Source: Halogeometricum borinquense DSM 11551 (GTDB lineage Archaea > Halobacteriota > Halobacteria > Halobacteriales > Haloferacaceae). Taken from it: 32,000 nt of DNA. Location of the stretch: contig NC_014729.1 in assembly GCF_000172995.2 (NCBI RefSeq), positions 1,740,001-1,772,000 on the forward strand. The letters run 5' to 3'. The notes beneath the pieces are model-generated. The model saw nothing but the letters and a program-made list of their open reading frames with translations, had not been told where the DNA came from and ran no database searches. How positions within the stretch are numbered: the first letter of the stretch is position 1; every line of letters starts with the position of its first letter. Positions 1 through 7,842 of this stretch are shown piece by piece. The translations under genes were made by a program, and so were the position numbers.

Positions 1-93
1 GGCGACGAGGGCGAAGTTCTGTGCGACGAGGGGAAGTGCGAGGAGGACCAGCGTCCGCGGTATCGGGCCTTGCGTGATGTCCTCGTTACTCAC
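1..93 (-). CDS. MATE-family efflux transporter, N-terminal fragment (gene continues off the left edge)
   Basis: Not in the ORF track because it leaves the window. The reverse complement of 1-93 reads (GTG)SNEDITQGPIPRTLVLLALPLVAQNFALVA. This is the D-I/L-T-x-G-x-I ... L-x-L-A-x-P ... Q start plus first TM typical of MATE/DinF transporters. An in-frame TGA lies at 121-123, with alternative starts at GTG 100-102 and TTG 109-111. The AT-rich divergent promoter region is at 100-160. Confidence 0.55.
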   Translation of the reverse strand, partial: MSNEDITQGPIPRTLVLLALPLVAQNFALVA

Positions 94-276
94 GTCGAAC
101 ACGATATTCAATTGACAGAATCAGGGACTTAATAGATTTCGATTATTTATTCGCCGAACAGTCACCGCCTTCGTCGTTTGCCGCCCTCGTTGTCTGCCGG
201 TCTCGTCGTCCGCGGTCGAGTTCGACACGTCGGCACGCCGTCAGGCTTATTCGGCCGTTCGACGAAGGTTTCGGGC

Positions 277-729
277 ATGAATCGATCACTCGCTGCCGTC
301 GCCGGTGGGTTCTCGGGTACCACCGTGCTGACCGTTCTACTCCTCCTATTCGAAGTCGAGACTCGTTCGCAAATAGGAATGTTCGAGGTCGTCGCCCGGT
401 TTGTCGGCGTTCCCGGCAACACCACCGTCGGATTCGCCCTGTTCGTCCTCGCGGGAACCGTCGCGTGGCCGCTTCTGTTCGTCGCCGCCGAGGAGTCGAT
501 TCCGGGTACGGACCCTGCGATAAAGGGGCTGGGCGTCGGTGCCCTTCTTTGGATTCCGTTCGTTCTCCTCGGTCGCGGCGACCTCGCGGGTGCCATCGTG
601 CTCGCGTTCGGCGGCATGACGCTCGTCGCGCACCTCGCCTACGGCTACGTCACCGGGGCCGTGTACGCTCGTCTGACCGGTCGAACGCCGCCCACCGAAT
701 CGTTCGGTGACGAAGCCGAACCCATGTAG
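277..729 (+). CDS. Hypothetical 4-TM membrane protein
   Basis: ORF 178..729. The ATG at 277 (MNRSLAAVAGGF...) precedes four hydrophobic helices and an acidic tail. The TTG-initiated extension from 178 is basic and atypical. It sits directly upstream of oxidase subunit I on the same strand. Confidence 0.6.
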   Translation: MNRSLAAVAGGFSGTTVLTVLLLLFEVETRSQIGMFEVVARFVGVPGNTTVGFALFVLAGTVAWPLLFVAAEESIPGTDPAIKGLGVGALLWIPFVLLGRGDLAGAIVLAFGGMTLVAHLAYGYVTGAVYARLTGRTPPTESFGDEAEPM

Positions 730-837
730 CGTCTCCGTTGGGTGGTCGGATGGTTATAGAAAACTGAGAACCGTCTTGGAACTTATCGGGCAGTTATCCG
801 AACATGTTCCCGCGTACGTCCCGTGCGCAGATGGATC

Positions 838-2850
838 ATGTCTCTGCCGTTTGTACCACTCCTCGCCGTCGTCAGTGCCTTCCTCGGTGGATGGTTGTAC
901 TGGCGTCGCGGCGAATCGACCGATACCTCCCGAACCGAATCGCTACGAGACGCCGTCTCCCTTCGAACCGACGGCGGTGAACGACGCGCCGACGGTGGCG
1001 AACGGCGCGCGGATAACTCCGCATCCCACGGAGAGACGCTCCCGGGTGTCATCGGGTCACTCTACGGCCGCGAACACAAAACGGGCAAGCCGTACGGCTT
1101 GATGCGATGGGTGACGAGTGTCGATCACAAGGATATCGGCATCCTCTACCTTCTCTTCGGCCTCGCCGCCGGACTGTGGGGTGCGACCGACGCGGTGATG
1201 ATCCGCACTGAGTTGTTCACGCCGACGACTGACGTGTGGGATGCACACACCTACAACGCGCTGTTTACCACTCACGGGCTTACGATGCTGTTCTTCTTCG
1301 TGACGCCCGTGTTCACCGGCTTGGCGAACTACTTTCTCCCGCTCCTTATCGACGCCGACGACATGGCGTTCCCGCGTATCAACGCCATCGCCTTCTGGCT
1401 CCTGCCGCCGTCGTTCGTCCTCGTCCGCGCGGGTCTCCTGACCGAAGTCTTAGCGAAAATGATCGATGCCGTCGGGCCGCGCATCGAGTTCCTCTACGCC
1501 CTCGAACCGCCGACACCGGGGTGGACGCTGTACGTCCCGCAGGCGATTCAGTTGACGAACCCGCAGGTGGACTTACTCCTCCTCGGTTTGCACCTCTCGG
1601 GACTCGCCACGGTCATGGGTGCAGTGAATATCATCGTCACCATCTTCACCGAACGCGGCGAGCGGGTTGGCTGGTCCAACATGGATATTCTCTCGTGGTC
1701 GCTTCTAACCACGAGCGGGATCATCCTCTTCGCGTTCCCCATCCTCGGAAGCGCCCTGTTGATGTTGCTCTTAGACCGGAACTTCGGGACGGCGTTCTTC
1801 GCGCTCGAAGCCGGTGGTCCAATTCTCTGGCAACATCTGTTCTGGTTCTTCGGCCACCCTGAGGTGTATATCCTCGTCCTTCCGGCGTTCGGGTTAACGA
1901 GCCAGATTCTCCCGAAGTTCGCCGGACGCCGCCTGTTCGGCTTCAAGTTCATCGTCTACTCGACGCTCGCCATCGGTGTGCTGTCGTTCGGCGTCTGGGC
2001 GCACCACATGTTTGCGACAGGGATGGACCCGCGTCTCCGCGCATCGTTCATGGTGATCACTCTCGCTATTGCCGTTCCCAGCGCCGTCAAGACGTTCAAC
2101 TGGATGGCGACGCTGTGGAACGGGAACGTGCGGCTCGAAGCGCCGATGCAGTTCCTCCTCGGCGGCATCGCCCTGTTCATCGTCGGTGGTGTCACCGGCA
2201 TCTTCCTCGCGTCCATTCCCGTGGACCTCGTTCTCCACGGCACGTACTACGTCGTCGCGCACTTCCACTTCATCGTCGTCGGAATCATCGCATTCTCGAT
2301 GTTCGCGGCGTCGTACTACTGGTATCCGCTGTTTACCGGTCGGATGTACAACAAGCGACTCGCCACGATTCACGCTGTCCTCAGCATCGGCGGTGTGATT
2401 GTGACGTTCTTCCCGCTTTTCATCCTCGGACTGATGGGCCTGCCGCGCCGGTCGGCGCAGTACCCCGTCCAGTTCACGTCTCTCCAACAGATAGCGACCG
2501 TCGGCGCGTTCATCCTCGCTATCAGCGTCGGCATCTGGCTGTTCAACATGGTGAACTCGTTCCGAGCCGGCCCGGTCGTTCGTGACCCCGACCCGTGGGA
2601 TCTCAAATCGACCGGCCAGTTCTCCCGCGAGTGGCAATGGTTCGAAGACCGGATGTCCCGTGACCTTGCTCGTCCGAGAGTACTCGCCGACGGCGGCCGT
2701 GAGGTCGTGGCTGTTGCGGACGATCCTTCGGCAGACGATTCTCCGGCGGACGGTCCCCCGGAGGACGATCCTTCAGTGGACGGTCCTTCGGCAGACGATT
2801 CTCCGGCGGACGCTCACCCAGCGGACGACGTGACGGAGACCGACGAGTAG
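838..2850 (+). CDS. Heme-copper (cytochrome) oxidase subunit I
   Basis: Motifs HKDIGILYL, WFFGHPEVYILVLP, WAHHMF and VVAHFHF, with about 12 TM helices. Start options are GTG 823, ATG 838 or the internal ATG 1102. Both tails are long and repeat-bearing. Confidence 0.9.
   Translation: MSLPFVPLLAVVSAFLGGWLYWRRGESTDTSRTESLRDAVSLRTDGGERRADGGERRADNSASHGETLPGVIGSLYGREHKTGKPYGLMRWVTSVDHKDIGILYLLFGLAAGLWGATDAVMIRTELFTPTTDVWDAHTYNALFTTHGLTMLFFFVTPVFTGLANYFLPLLIDADDMAFPRINAIAFWLLPPSFVLVRAGLLTEVLAKMIDAVGPRIEFLYALEPPTPGWTLYVPQAIQLTNPQVDLLLLGLHLSGLATVMGAVNIIVTIFTERGERVGWSNMDILSWSLLTTSGIILFAFPILGSALLMLLLDRNFGTAFFALEAGGPILWQHLFWFFGHPEVYILVLPAFGLTSQILPKFAGRRLFGFKFIVYSTLAIGVLSFGVWAHHMFATGMDPRLRASFMVITLAIAVPSAVKTFNWMATLWNGNVRLEAPMQFLLGGIALFIVGGVTGIFLASIPVDLVLHGTYYVVAHFHFIVVGIIAFSMFAASYYWYPLFTGRMYNKRLATIHAVLSIGGVIVTFFPLFILGLMGLPRRSAQYPVQFTSLQQIATVGAFILAISVGIWLFNMVNSFRAGPVVRDPDPWDLKSTGQFSREWQWFEDRMSRDLARPRVLADGGREVVAVADDPSADDSPADGPPEDDPSVDGPSADDSPADAHPADDVTETDE
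970..1011 (+). repeat. 21-nt x2 in-frame tandem repeat (DGGERRA DGGERRA) in the oxidase N-terminal extension
   Basis: gacggcggtgaacgacgcgcc / gacggtggcgaacggcgcgcg, read directly from the sequence. Confidence 0.85.
2724..2812 (+). repeat. Exact 29-nt repeat (2724-2752 = 2784-2812, 60-nt period) encoding the D/P/S-rich C-terminal tail of the oxidase
   Basis: tccttcggcagacgattctccggcggacg occurs twice. The protein reads DDPSADDSPADGPPEDDPSVDGPSADDSPAD. Confidence 0.9.
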
Positions 2851-2958
2851 CCGGTTTCACTGCGACTGAAGACGGCGACGCGGCTGGTTCGGACGGCCGT
2901 CCGCTTCGGCCCGCCGCCAAGTCCGTGCGCTTTTAGCTCGACTCAACGACGTACGAGT

Positions 2959-3777
2959 ATGTCTGAAGCGACGTTCACGCTCCCCGACGACGCCGTCGTC
3001 GGAATGGTCCACCTCCACACACTCCCCGGTGCGCCGAACTACGACGCCGAGGCCGGACTCGATGCCGTGCGCGAGTCGGCACTCGAAGACGCCGCCAAAC
3101 TCGACGCGGGCGGCGTCGATGCCGTGATGATCGAAAACTTCGGCGACGCCCCATTCTATCCCGACGACGTGCCGAAGCACACCGTCGCGTCTATGACTGC
3201 CGTCATCGATGCGGTCGCCCGCGAGGTTGACGTTCCCGTCGGCGTCAACGTCCTCCGAAACGATGCCGAGGCCGCCCTCTCTATCGCGGCGGCGACCGGT
3301 GCCTCGTTCGTCCGCGTGAACGTCCACGCAGGGTCACGCGTTACGGATCAAGGCGTCGTCGAAGGTCGCGCGCACGAGACGATGCGTCTGCGCGACCAAC
3401 TCGATGCCGATGTGGCCGTCTTCGCTGACGTGGGTGTGAAACACTCCGAACCGCTCGGTCCCGAGACGCCGCTCGACGTTGCCGTTGAGGAAGTTGTTGG
3501 TCGCGGACTCGCTGATGGCGTCGTCGTCTCCGGCTCTGGAACCGGCGCACCGACCGACGATTCGGACCTCGAAACCGTCGCGCATGCGGCAGATGAAGCT
3601 GGCGCGCCTGCGCTCGTCGGAAGCGGCGTCACCGCTGAGACGGTCGCCGAGACACTCGAATACGCCGACGGCGTCATCGTCGGAACGGCGTTGAAAGAGG
3701 GTGGTGAGACGACGGCACCGGTCGATGAATCGCGCGTTCGAGCGGTTGTTTCGGCCGCTCACGCAAGTCAGGAGTAA
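2959..3777 (+). CDS. BtpA/SgcQ-family TIM-barrel protein
   Basis: The N-terminal VGMVHLHTLPGAPNY, plus IENFGDAPF and VNVLRND, match the BtpA-family signature. TTTTAG at about 2931 lies 24 nt before the ATG, suggesting a leaderless-type promoter. Confidence 0.8.
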   Translation: MSEATFTLPDDAVVGMVHLHTLPGAPNYDAEAGLDAVRESALEDAAKLDAGGVDAVMIENFGDAPFYPDDVPKHTVASMTAVIDAVAREVDVPVGVNVLRNDAEAALSIAAATGASFVRVNVHAGSRVTDQGVVEGRAHETMRLRDQLDADVAVFADVGVKHSEPLGPETPLDVAVEEVVGRGLADGVVVSGSGTGAPTDDSDLETVAHAADEAGAPALVGSGVTAETVAETLEYADGVIVGTALKEGGETTAPVDESRVRAVVSAAHASQE

Positions 3778-3901
3778 ATACCGCTCCGTTCCACATCGAA
3801 CCCGGCAGGCAACGCTGAAACGACGCCTGCGTGACCAACGCGACGCCGATACGCTGTTTCTCGTCTGTCGGTGCTACTCTTCTCACTTCGATTCGTCGGT
3901 A

Positions 3902-5038
3902 CTACGCTCCTAATTCCGATTCGACTAACTCGACGGCGTTCTGCACGGCTCCGACCGACCCGAGGTGTCCCGCACCGACGGTTGCCTTCATCGCCTTCGC
4001 GGCGCTTCCGGTGAGAACCGTCGGCCCGAGTTGGGCGACTGCCCCGTCGCCGACGCTCACGATCCAACCCGGAACGTCGAAGCGGTACGGGTCCATCCGC
4101 GGGGCGAACTCGTTTGTGGCGTGCACGTCGTGGCGGACGAGTTTGGCGAGATTCGTCGCTACCGTCCGGGCCTCTCTGAGTGCCGCGGAGGCGGAGGCAG
4201 GGACTGGTTCCCCGTCGGCGTCTACGATGCGGGCGGCGTCGCCGACCACGAACGTATAGTCGTCGAGTCGAAGGTCGCTCCGTACGACCGGTCGGTCGCC
4301 GTTCATCGCCGTCTGTCCGGCGATGCCGCCAGCCCAGACGAACGTGTCAGAAGTGAATGTCTCTGTCTCCGTCTCAACTGTCTCGCTGGTGGCGCGCTCG
4401 ACCGCTGTGCTGGTCCGAATGTCGATGCCGCGCGCTTCGAGTTCGTCGCGGACCGCCGCGCGGAAGTTCGCCGGGAAGTTCGGCGCGACATCGTCTAACT
4501 GCTCGATAACGGTAATGTTGGCATCGACATCTTCCTCGTCGGCGAGGGCGGCCAGTTCGCCCGCAGTCTGGACGCCCGAGAGTCCCGCTCCACCGACGAC
4601 GGCGGTGACTGTGTCGCCTTCGTCCGTCGCCGAGAGGAACGATTCGCGGATGGCCGTCGCGTCCGCGACACGCTTGAGAGGCAAGGAGTGTGCTTCGACA
4701 CCCGGGAGTCCGTAGTAGGCCGTCCCGGCCCCGAGACAGACCGCGGCGTAGTCGTAGTCCAACGTCTCCCCGCCGTCGAGATGGACGGTTCGCGCTTCTC
4801 GGTCGAGTCCCTCGACGCGGGCGACGCGAACCGCCGCACGGTCGAACAACTCCGTAAGTGGGACCCGAATCGTCTCTGCGAGGCCCGGACGGCGGATCAC
4901 GCGGTGGACTTCGTGTTGGACGAGATGACTGTCGGATTCGTCCACAACGATGAGTTCCGCATCGGACGGGAGACACGATTCGAGTCGGCGGGCGACCGTC
5001 ACTCCGGCGTACCCCGCACCGAGTACCAGCACGCGCAT
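3902..5038 (-). CDS. ndh: Type-II NADH dehydrogenase-like FAD/NAD(P) oxidoreductase
   Basis: MRVLVLGAGYAGV (GxGxxG) and a second dinucleotide fold VVGGAGLSGVQTAGELA. The ATG at 5038 is preferred over the TTG at 5065. Confidence 0.85.
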   Translation of the reverse strand: MRVLVLGAGYAGVTVARRLESCLPSDAELIVVDESDSHLVQHEVHRVIRRPGLAETIRVPLTELFDRAAVRVARVEGLDREARTVHLDGGETLDYDYAAVCLGAGTAYYGLPGVEAHSLPLKRVADATAIRESFLSATDEGDTVTAVVGGAGLSGVQTAGELAALADEEDVDANITVIEQLDDVAPNFPANFRAAVRDELEARGIDIRTSTAVERATSETVETETETFTSDTFVWAGGIAGQTAMNGDRPVVRSDLRLDDYTFVVGDAARIVDADGEPVPASASAALREARTVATNLAKLVRHDVHATNEFAPRMDPYRFDVPGWIVSVGDGAVAQLGPTVLTGSAAKAMKATVGAGHLGSVGAVQNAVELVESELGA

Positions 5039-5142
5039 ATGCGGAACGGTTGGTGCGAGTGTCAAAGAACGTGGGGGTCGTCAGTGGGAGATGACGGCAA
5101 GCGAGTTCGAGAGAGACGGTAACGAAAGCGACGAGTAGTCGG

Positions 5143-6117
5143 TTAGAACAGCGCTTCGGACTCGTCGAGAATCTCAGCGGGACCGCCGACGCCCCACACA
5201 TCGGTGTCAACGTCGCACGCGGAGATGGCTTCCTCTACTCGGTCAACGTGCGCTTCGGTCGTGTTGACGTAGACGCTTGCACCCGTGTCGGTGGAGAAAT
5301 AAACGGGTATCTCTTCTTCGTCTCGCAGTTCGCGGACGGCGTTAAACACAGCGATGGTCTTCGGTTGCCAGTAGACCCACCCGGCGGGACCGGTCATCGT
5401 CGTGGCCGTCAACGACAGCGAGTCGTGTTCTGCGAGTTCGAAGGCGCGGTCGAAGTCGGCCGCGTGGAGAGCGTCGCGCATCTCGTCTAACTGGTGGTGG
5501 ACGTGCGCCATCCGGGCTTGGAACATGTGGCTATCGGCGGCCTCCTTGTGCGCCTGTTCGGTTTCCTTGTAGGCAGGAACGTGCGCGGCGACGGTCCGCA
5601 GTTCGTCTTCGAGTTCCGTCTCGATTCGTTCCGAGCGGCAGTCTTCGTCGTTCATACCGGAATAGAGATGCGAGAACGCGCCGGTGACAGCGCGCGCGGC
5701 CGAAGAAGACCCGCGTCGGGCGATTGTCGAAATCTCCGGGCGAGACATTCCCAACTCAGCCGCTTCGGCGAGCGCCATCGCGGCGGCGGCGAACCCGGAA
5801 GAAGAGGACCCGAACCCGATGTTCGAGGGGAAGGAGTTCTCCGATTCGAGACGCACTGCGTGGTCGATGTCCGCGAGCGAACGGACGTGTTCGACGACAG
5901 CATCGATTCGTTCCGCGCCGCGTCCCGTCACTTCCTCACCGCCGATAACGTACGTGTCCTCGGACGCGTCCGGCTGGAACTCGACGGTAGTCTTCGTGTG
6001 ACTCGGCGCGGTACAGACGCTGATACTATCGTGGTACGGAAGCCGCAACTCCTCGTCGCGCATTCCGTGATACTTCACCAATCCCTGAATCGGGTGTGCC
6101 TTCGCGGTGGCCTTCAT
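5143..6117 (-). CDS. Phosphomevalonate decarboxylase (diphosphomevalonate-decarboxylase/GHMP family, haloarchaeal type)
   Basis: MKATAKAHPIQGLVKYHGMRDEELRLPYHDSISV and the GHMP motif GFGSSSSGFAAAA. It closely resembles my recollection of the characterised Haloferax volcanii phosphomevalonate decarboxylase. TTTAAC lies 24 nt upstream of the ATG. Confidence 0.85.
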   Translation of the reverse strand: MKATAKAHPIQGLVKYHGMRDEELRLPYHDSISVCTAPSHTKTTVEFQPDASEDTYVIGGEEVTGRGAERIDAVVEHVRSLADIDHAVRLESENSFPSNIGFGSSSSGFAAAAMALAEAAELGMSRPEISTIARRGSSSAARAVTGAFSHLYSGMNDEDCRSERIETELEDELRTVAAHVPAYKETEQAHKEAADSHMFQARMAHVHHQLDEMRDALHAADFDRAFELAEHDSLSLTATTMTGPAGWVYWQPKTIAVFNAVRELRDEEEIPVYFSTDTGASVYVNTTEAHVDRVEEAISACDVDTDVWGVGGPAEILDESEALF

Positions 6118-6228
6118 AATCCTATCCGCGAGAGACGTGAGGTTAAACGTCCCGATGGTAGCTGAGGCGTCGCTCCAAGGAGGCGAATCGGTGCGTCAGA
6201 AGAGAGACACTGCCTGCGACGGTCGTAC

Positions 6229-6339
6229 TTATTTTTCGGTGGATTCGGTTTCGCGTCCGCGGTCCCAGACGTTGGTGACTGATTCCCCTGCCGGCGGGGT
6301 GTGACTGACTTCTTTCATCGTGTGTCGTTCTTGCTTCAT
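6229..6339 (-). CDS. Candidate 36-aa small protein (below ORF-track cutoff)
   Basis: The reverse complement reads MKQERHTMKEVSHTPPAGESVTNVWDRGRETESTEK*. It is acidic. TTAAGA (complement of 6366-6371) lies 26 nt upstream of the ATG, the spacing expected for a leaderless haloarchaeal mRNA. No homology was checked. Confidence 0.3.
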   Translation of the reverse strand: MKQERHTMKEVSHTPPAGESVTNVWDRGRETESTEK

Positions 6340-6365
6340 CGTGTCACTCTCTGACAGGGGAGCCC

Positions 6366-6421
6366 TCTTAACGTTTTCCTGAAAATGGTTATAACAATTT
6401 GTACCATACTAATGTATATTA
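6366..6421. promoter_or_regulatory. AT-rich divergent promoter region (two TATA-like boxes)
   Basis: TATATTA at 6415-6421 is 28 nt before ATG 6450 on the plus strand. TTAAGA (complement of 6366-6371) is 26 nt before the minus-strand ATG at 6339. Confidence 0.4.
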
Positions 6422-6449
6422 GGATTTGGCGGCTGACTCATTACCACAC

Positions 6450-6869
6450 ATGACACGAACGGGGGCGGCGGTCGAACGAACATCGGACGGAAGGCGTCTC
6501 GTCGTCACGCGGGAACTGGACGCGCCCGCCGACGACGCGTGGGACGTACTGGTAGAGACGCGCACGTGGCCCGAGTGGGGTCCGTCAGTAACCGCTGTCC
6601 GCGGCCCCGACAGAATTTCCGCAGGCGTAACGGGCGAGGTTCAAATCGCGGGGCTCGGTCTCTGGGTGCCGTTCGAGGTGACAACGTTCGACGCCGACGC
6701 GCGGCGGTGGACGTGGACCGTCGCGCGCGTTCCGGCCACCGGCCACCGCGTCGAAGCACTCGGAGACTGCCGGTGTCGCGTCGGGTTCGAGATACCGCTG
6801 CTCGCCTCGGGGTACGCACCCGTCTGCAAACGCGCTCTCTCGAAGATCGACCGACTCGTAGCGCGGTGA
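6450..6869 (+). CDS. SRPBCC (polyketide cyclase/dehydrase-like) family protein
   Basis: ELDAPADDAWDVLVETRTWPEWGPSV is a typical SRPBCC N-terminal strand/helix. The ATG at 6450 is preferred over the TTG at 6426. Confidence 0.75.
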   Translation: MTRTGAAVERTSDGRRLVVTRELDAPADDAWDVLVETRTWPEWGPSVTAVRGPDRISAGVTGEVQIAGLGLWVPFEVTTFDADARRWTWTVARVPATGHRVEALGDCRCRVGFEIPLLASGYAPVCKRALSKIDRLVAR

Positions 6870-6873
6870 GCTA

Positions 6874-6977
6874 CCGCAAAAACAGGAAAACGACGCCGCA
6901 TCCGGCAACAGAACAACGACGCCGCAGCCGGCAACAGAACAACGACGCCGCAACCGATGGAAACACCAGAACGACGG
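6874..6977. repeat. Four head-to-tail units (22/26/26/30 nt) filling a convergent intergenic spacer
   Basis: Units start with CCGCA at 6874, 6896, 6922 and 6948. The central units CCGCA[T/G]CCGGCAACAGAACAACGACG differ at one base. Confidence 0.85.
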
Positions 6978-6980
6978 CTT

Positions 6981-7565
6981 CTAGGGTGGCCGTTCCATCG
7001 AGAACCGGTCGGTCAGCCGCGCGTACTCGTTTCCGGCCAGTCGGCCGACGGCATCGAGTTTCCGCGTGTCCATCTTTCCGTCGGTGAGAACTGATTCGTC
7101 TACGTGCGCGTGGACGACTTCACCGAGAACGACGGTCGAAGCGCCGACTTCCAGCGTGTCTGCGAGGCGGCACTCAAACGACACCGTCGCCTCCGCGACG
7201 CGAGGCGCATCGACAACCACGGAGTCTGCGGGTGTCACGCCCGCGTGTTCGAACTCGTCTCCGTCGGGTTCGAGCGTCGCGCTCGTCTCGTTCATCGCTT
7301 CGGCCACGTCTTCGGTAACGACGTTGTAGACGAACGCACCCGTCTCGATGGCGTTTCGAGCACTGTCTTTCCTGTCGTCGCCAGTTCCACCCGACGAGAA
7401 CAACAGCGTCGGCGGGTCGGTCGTCGCTACGTTCGAGAAACTGTACGGTGCGAGATTGTGCGTCCCGTCGGGCGCGCGGGTACTCACCCACGCGATCGGT
7501 CGTGGAACGACGGCCCCCGAAAGGAGTCGGTACGGCGATCCGAACGCGTCCGGCGGTCCATCCAC
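6981..7565 (-). CDS. Flavin reductase-like FMN-binding split-barrel protein
   Basis: VVPRPIAWVSTRAPDGTHNLAPYSFSN is the flavin-reductase-domain signature. The start is GTG at 7565, with no in-frame ATG near the N-terminus. Confidence 0.85.
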   Translation of the reverse strand: MDGPPDAFGSPYRLLSGAVVPRPIAWVSTRAPDGTHNLAPYSFSNVATTDPPTLLFSSGGTGDDRKDSARNAIETGAFVYNVVTEDVAEAMNETSATLEPDGDEFEHAGVTPADSVVVDAPRVAEATVSFECRLADTLEVGASTVVLGEVVHAHVDESVLTDGKMDTRKLDAVGRLAGNEYARLTDRFSMERPP

Positions 7566-7812
7566 GTTACCACACCTCTCGGGAAATCTGTCTATTCGTC
7601 GCCCGGTGGCGTATCGTCTGTTGACTCATCGTCCCGATATGGGTGACTGACGGCAAAGTGCTATCGTCGCATCGGCAAGTCGTCACGCGATGAGAGTCAC
7701 AGATAGACGTTCGTATTGTTCTCTGTGCGTGCGAGCAAACTGGGACCGCACCGAACATGGTAGGATTCCTGAATCACGCACAAGTGTCACAAAGGATATA
7801 CATATGGTCCCT

Positions 7813-7833
7813 GTCTACTAACATCAAGTAGAC
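7813..7833. promoter_or_regulatory. Perfect 7-bp inverted repeat GTCTACT-N7-AGTAGAC between a TATA-like box (7796-7805) and ATG 7843
   Basis: Read directly from the sequence. It lies where the transcription start is expected, an operator-like position. Confidence 0.4.
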
Positions 7834-7842
7834 CCTCCAACG

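Noticed and set aside
178-276. The N-terminal extension of the 4-TM protein from TTG 178, and similar long-form starts at 5065, 6426, 15355, 16965, 18501, 28053 and 30456.
   Set aside because: The extensions start at non-ATG codons, are basic or non-conserved-looking, and overlap predicted TATA boxes. The internal ATGs give N-termini typical of the respective families.
2603-2920. A repetitive peptide (ENRLPKDRP...) in minus-strand ORF 2603..2920 that looks like a repeat protein.
   Set aside because: It is simply the reverse-frame reading of the 60-nt-period repeat that encodes the oxidase C-terminal tail. It has no independent start context or promoter.
6874-6977. A CRISPR-like reading of the short tandem repeats, both here and at 16196-16281.
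   Set aside because: The units abut directly with no unique spacers, are only 21-30 nt long and degenerate, and no cas genes are present. These are tandem repeats, not CRISPR arrays.
7690-7821. A 43-codon plus-strand ORF with a CxxC (MRVTDRRSYCSLCVRANW...) in the 277-nt divergent spacer.
   Set aside because: It is basic with low GC3 and no TATA at the expected distance. It also runs through the TATA and operator elements of the downstream gene, so it is more likely non-coding promoter DNA.
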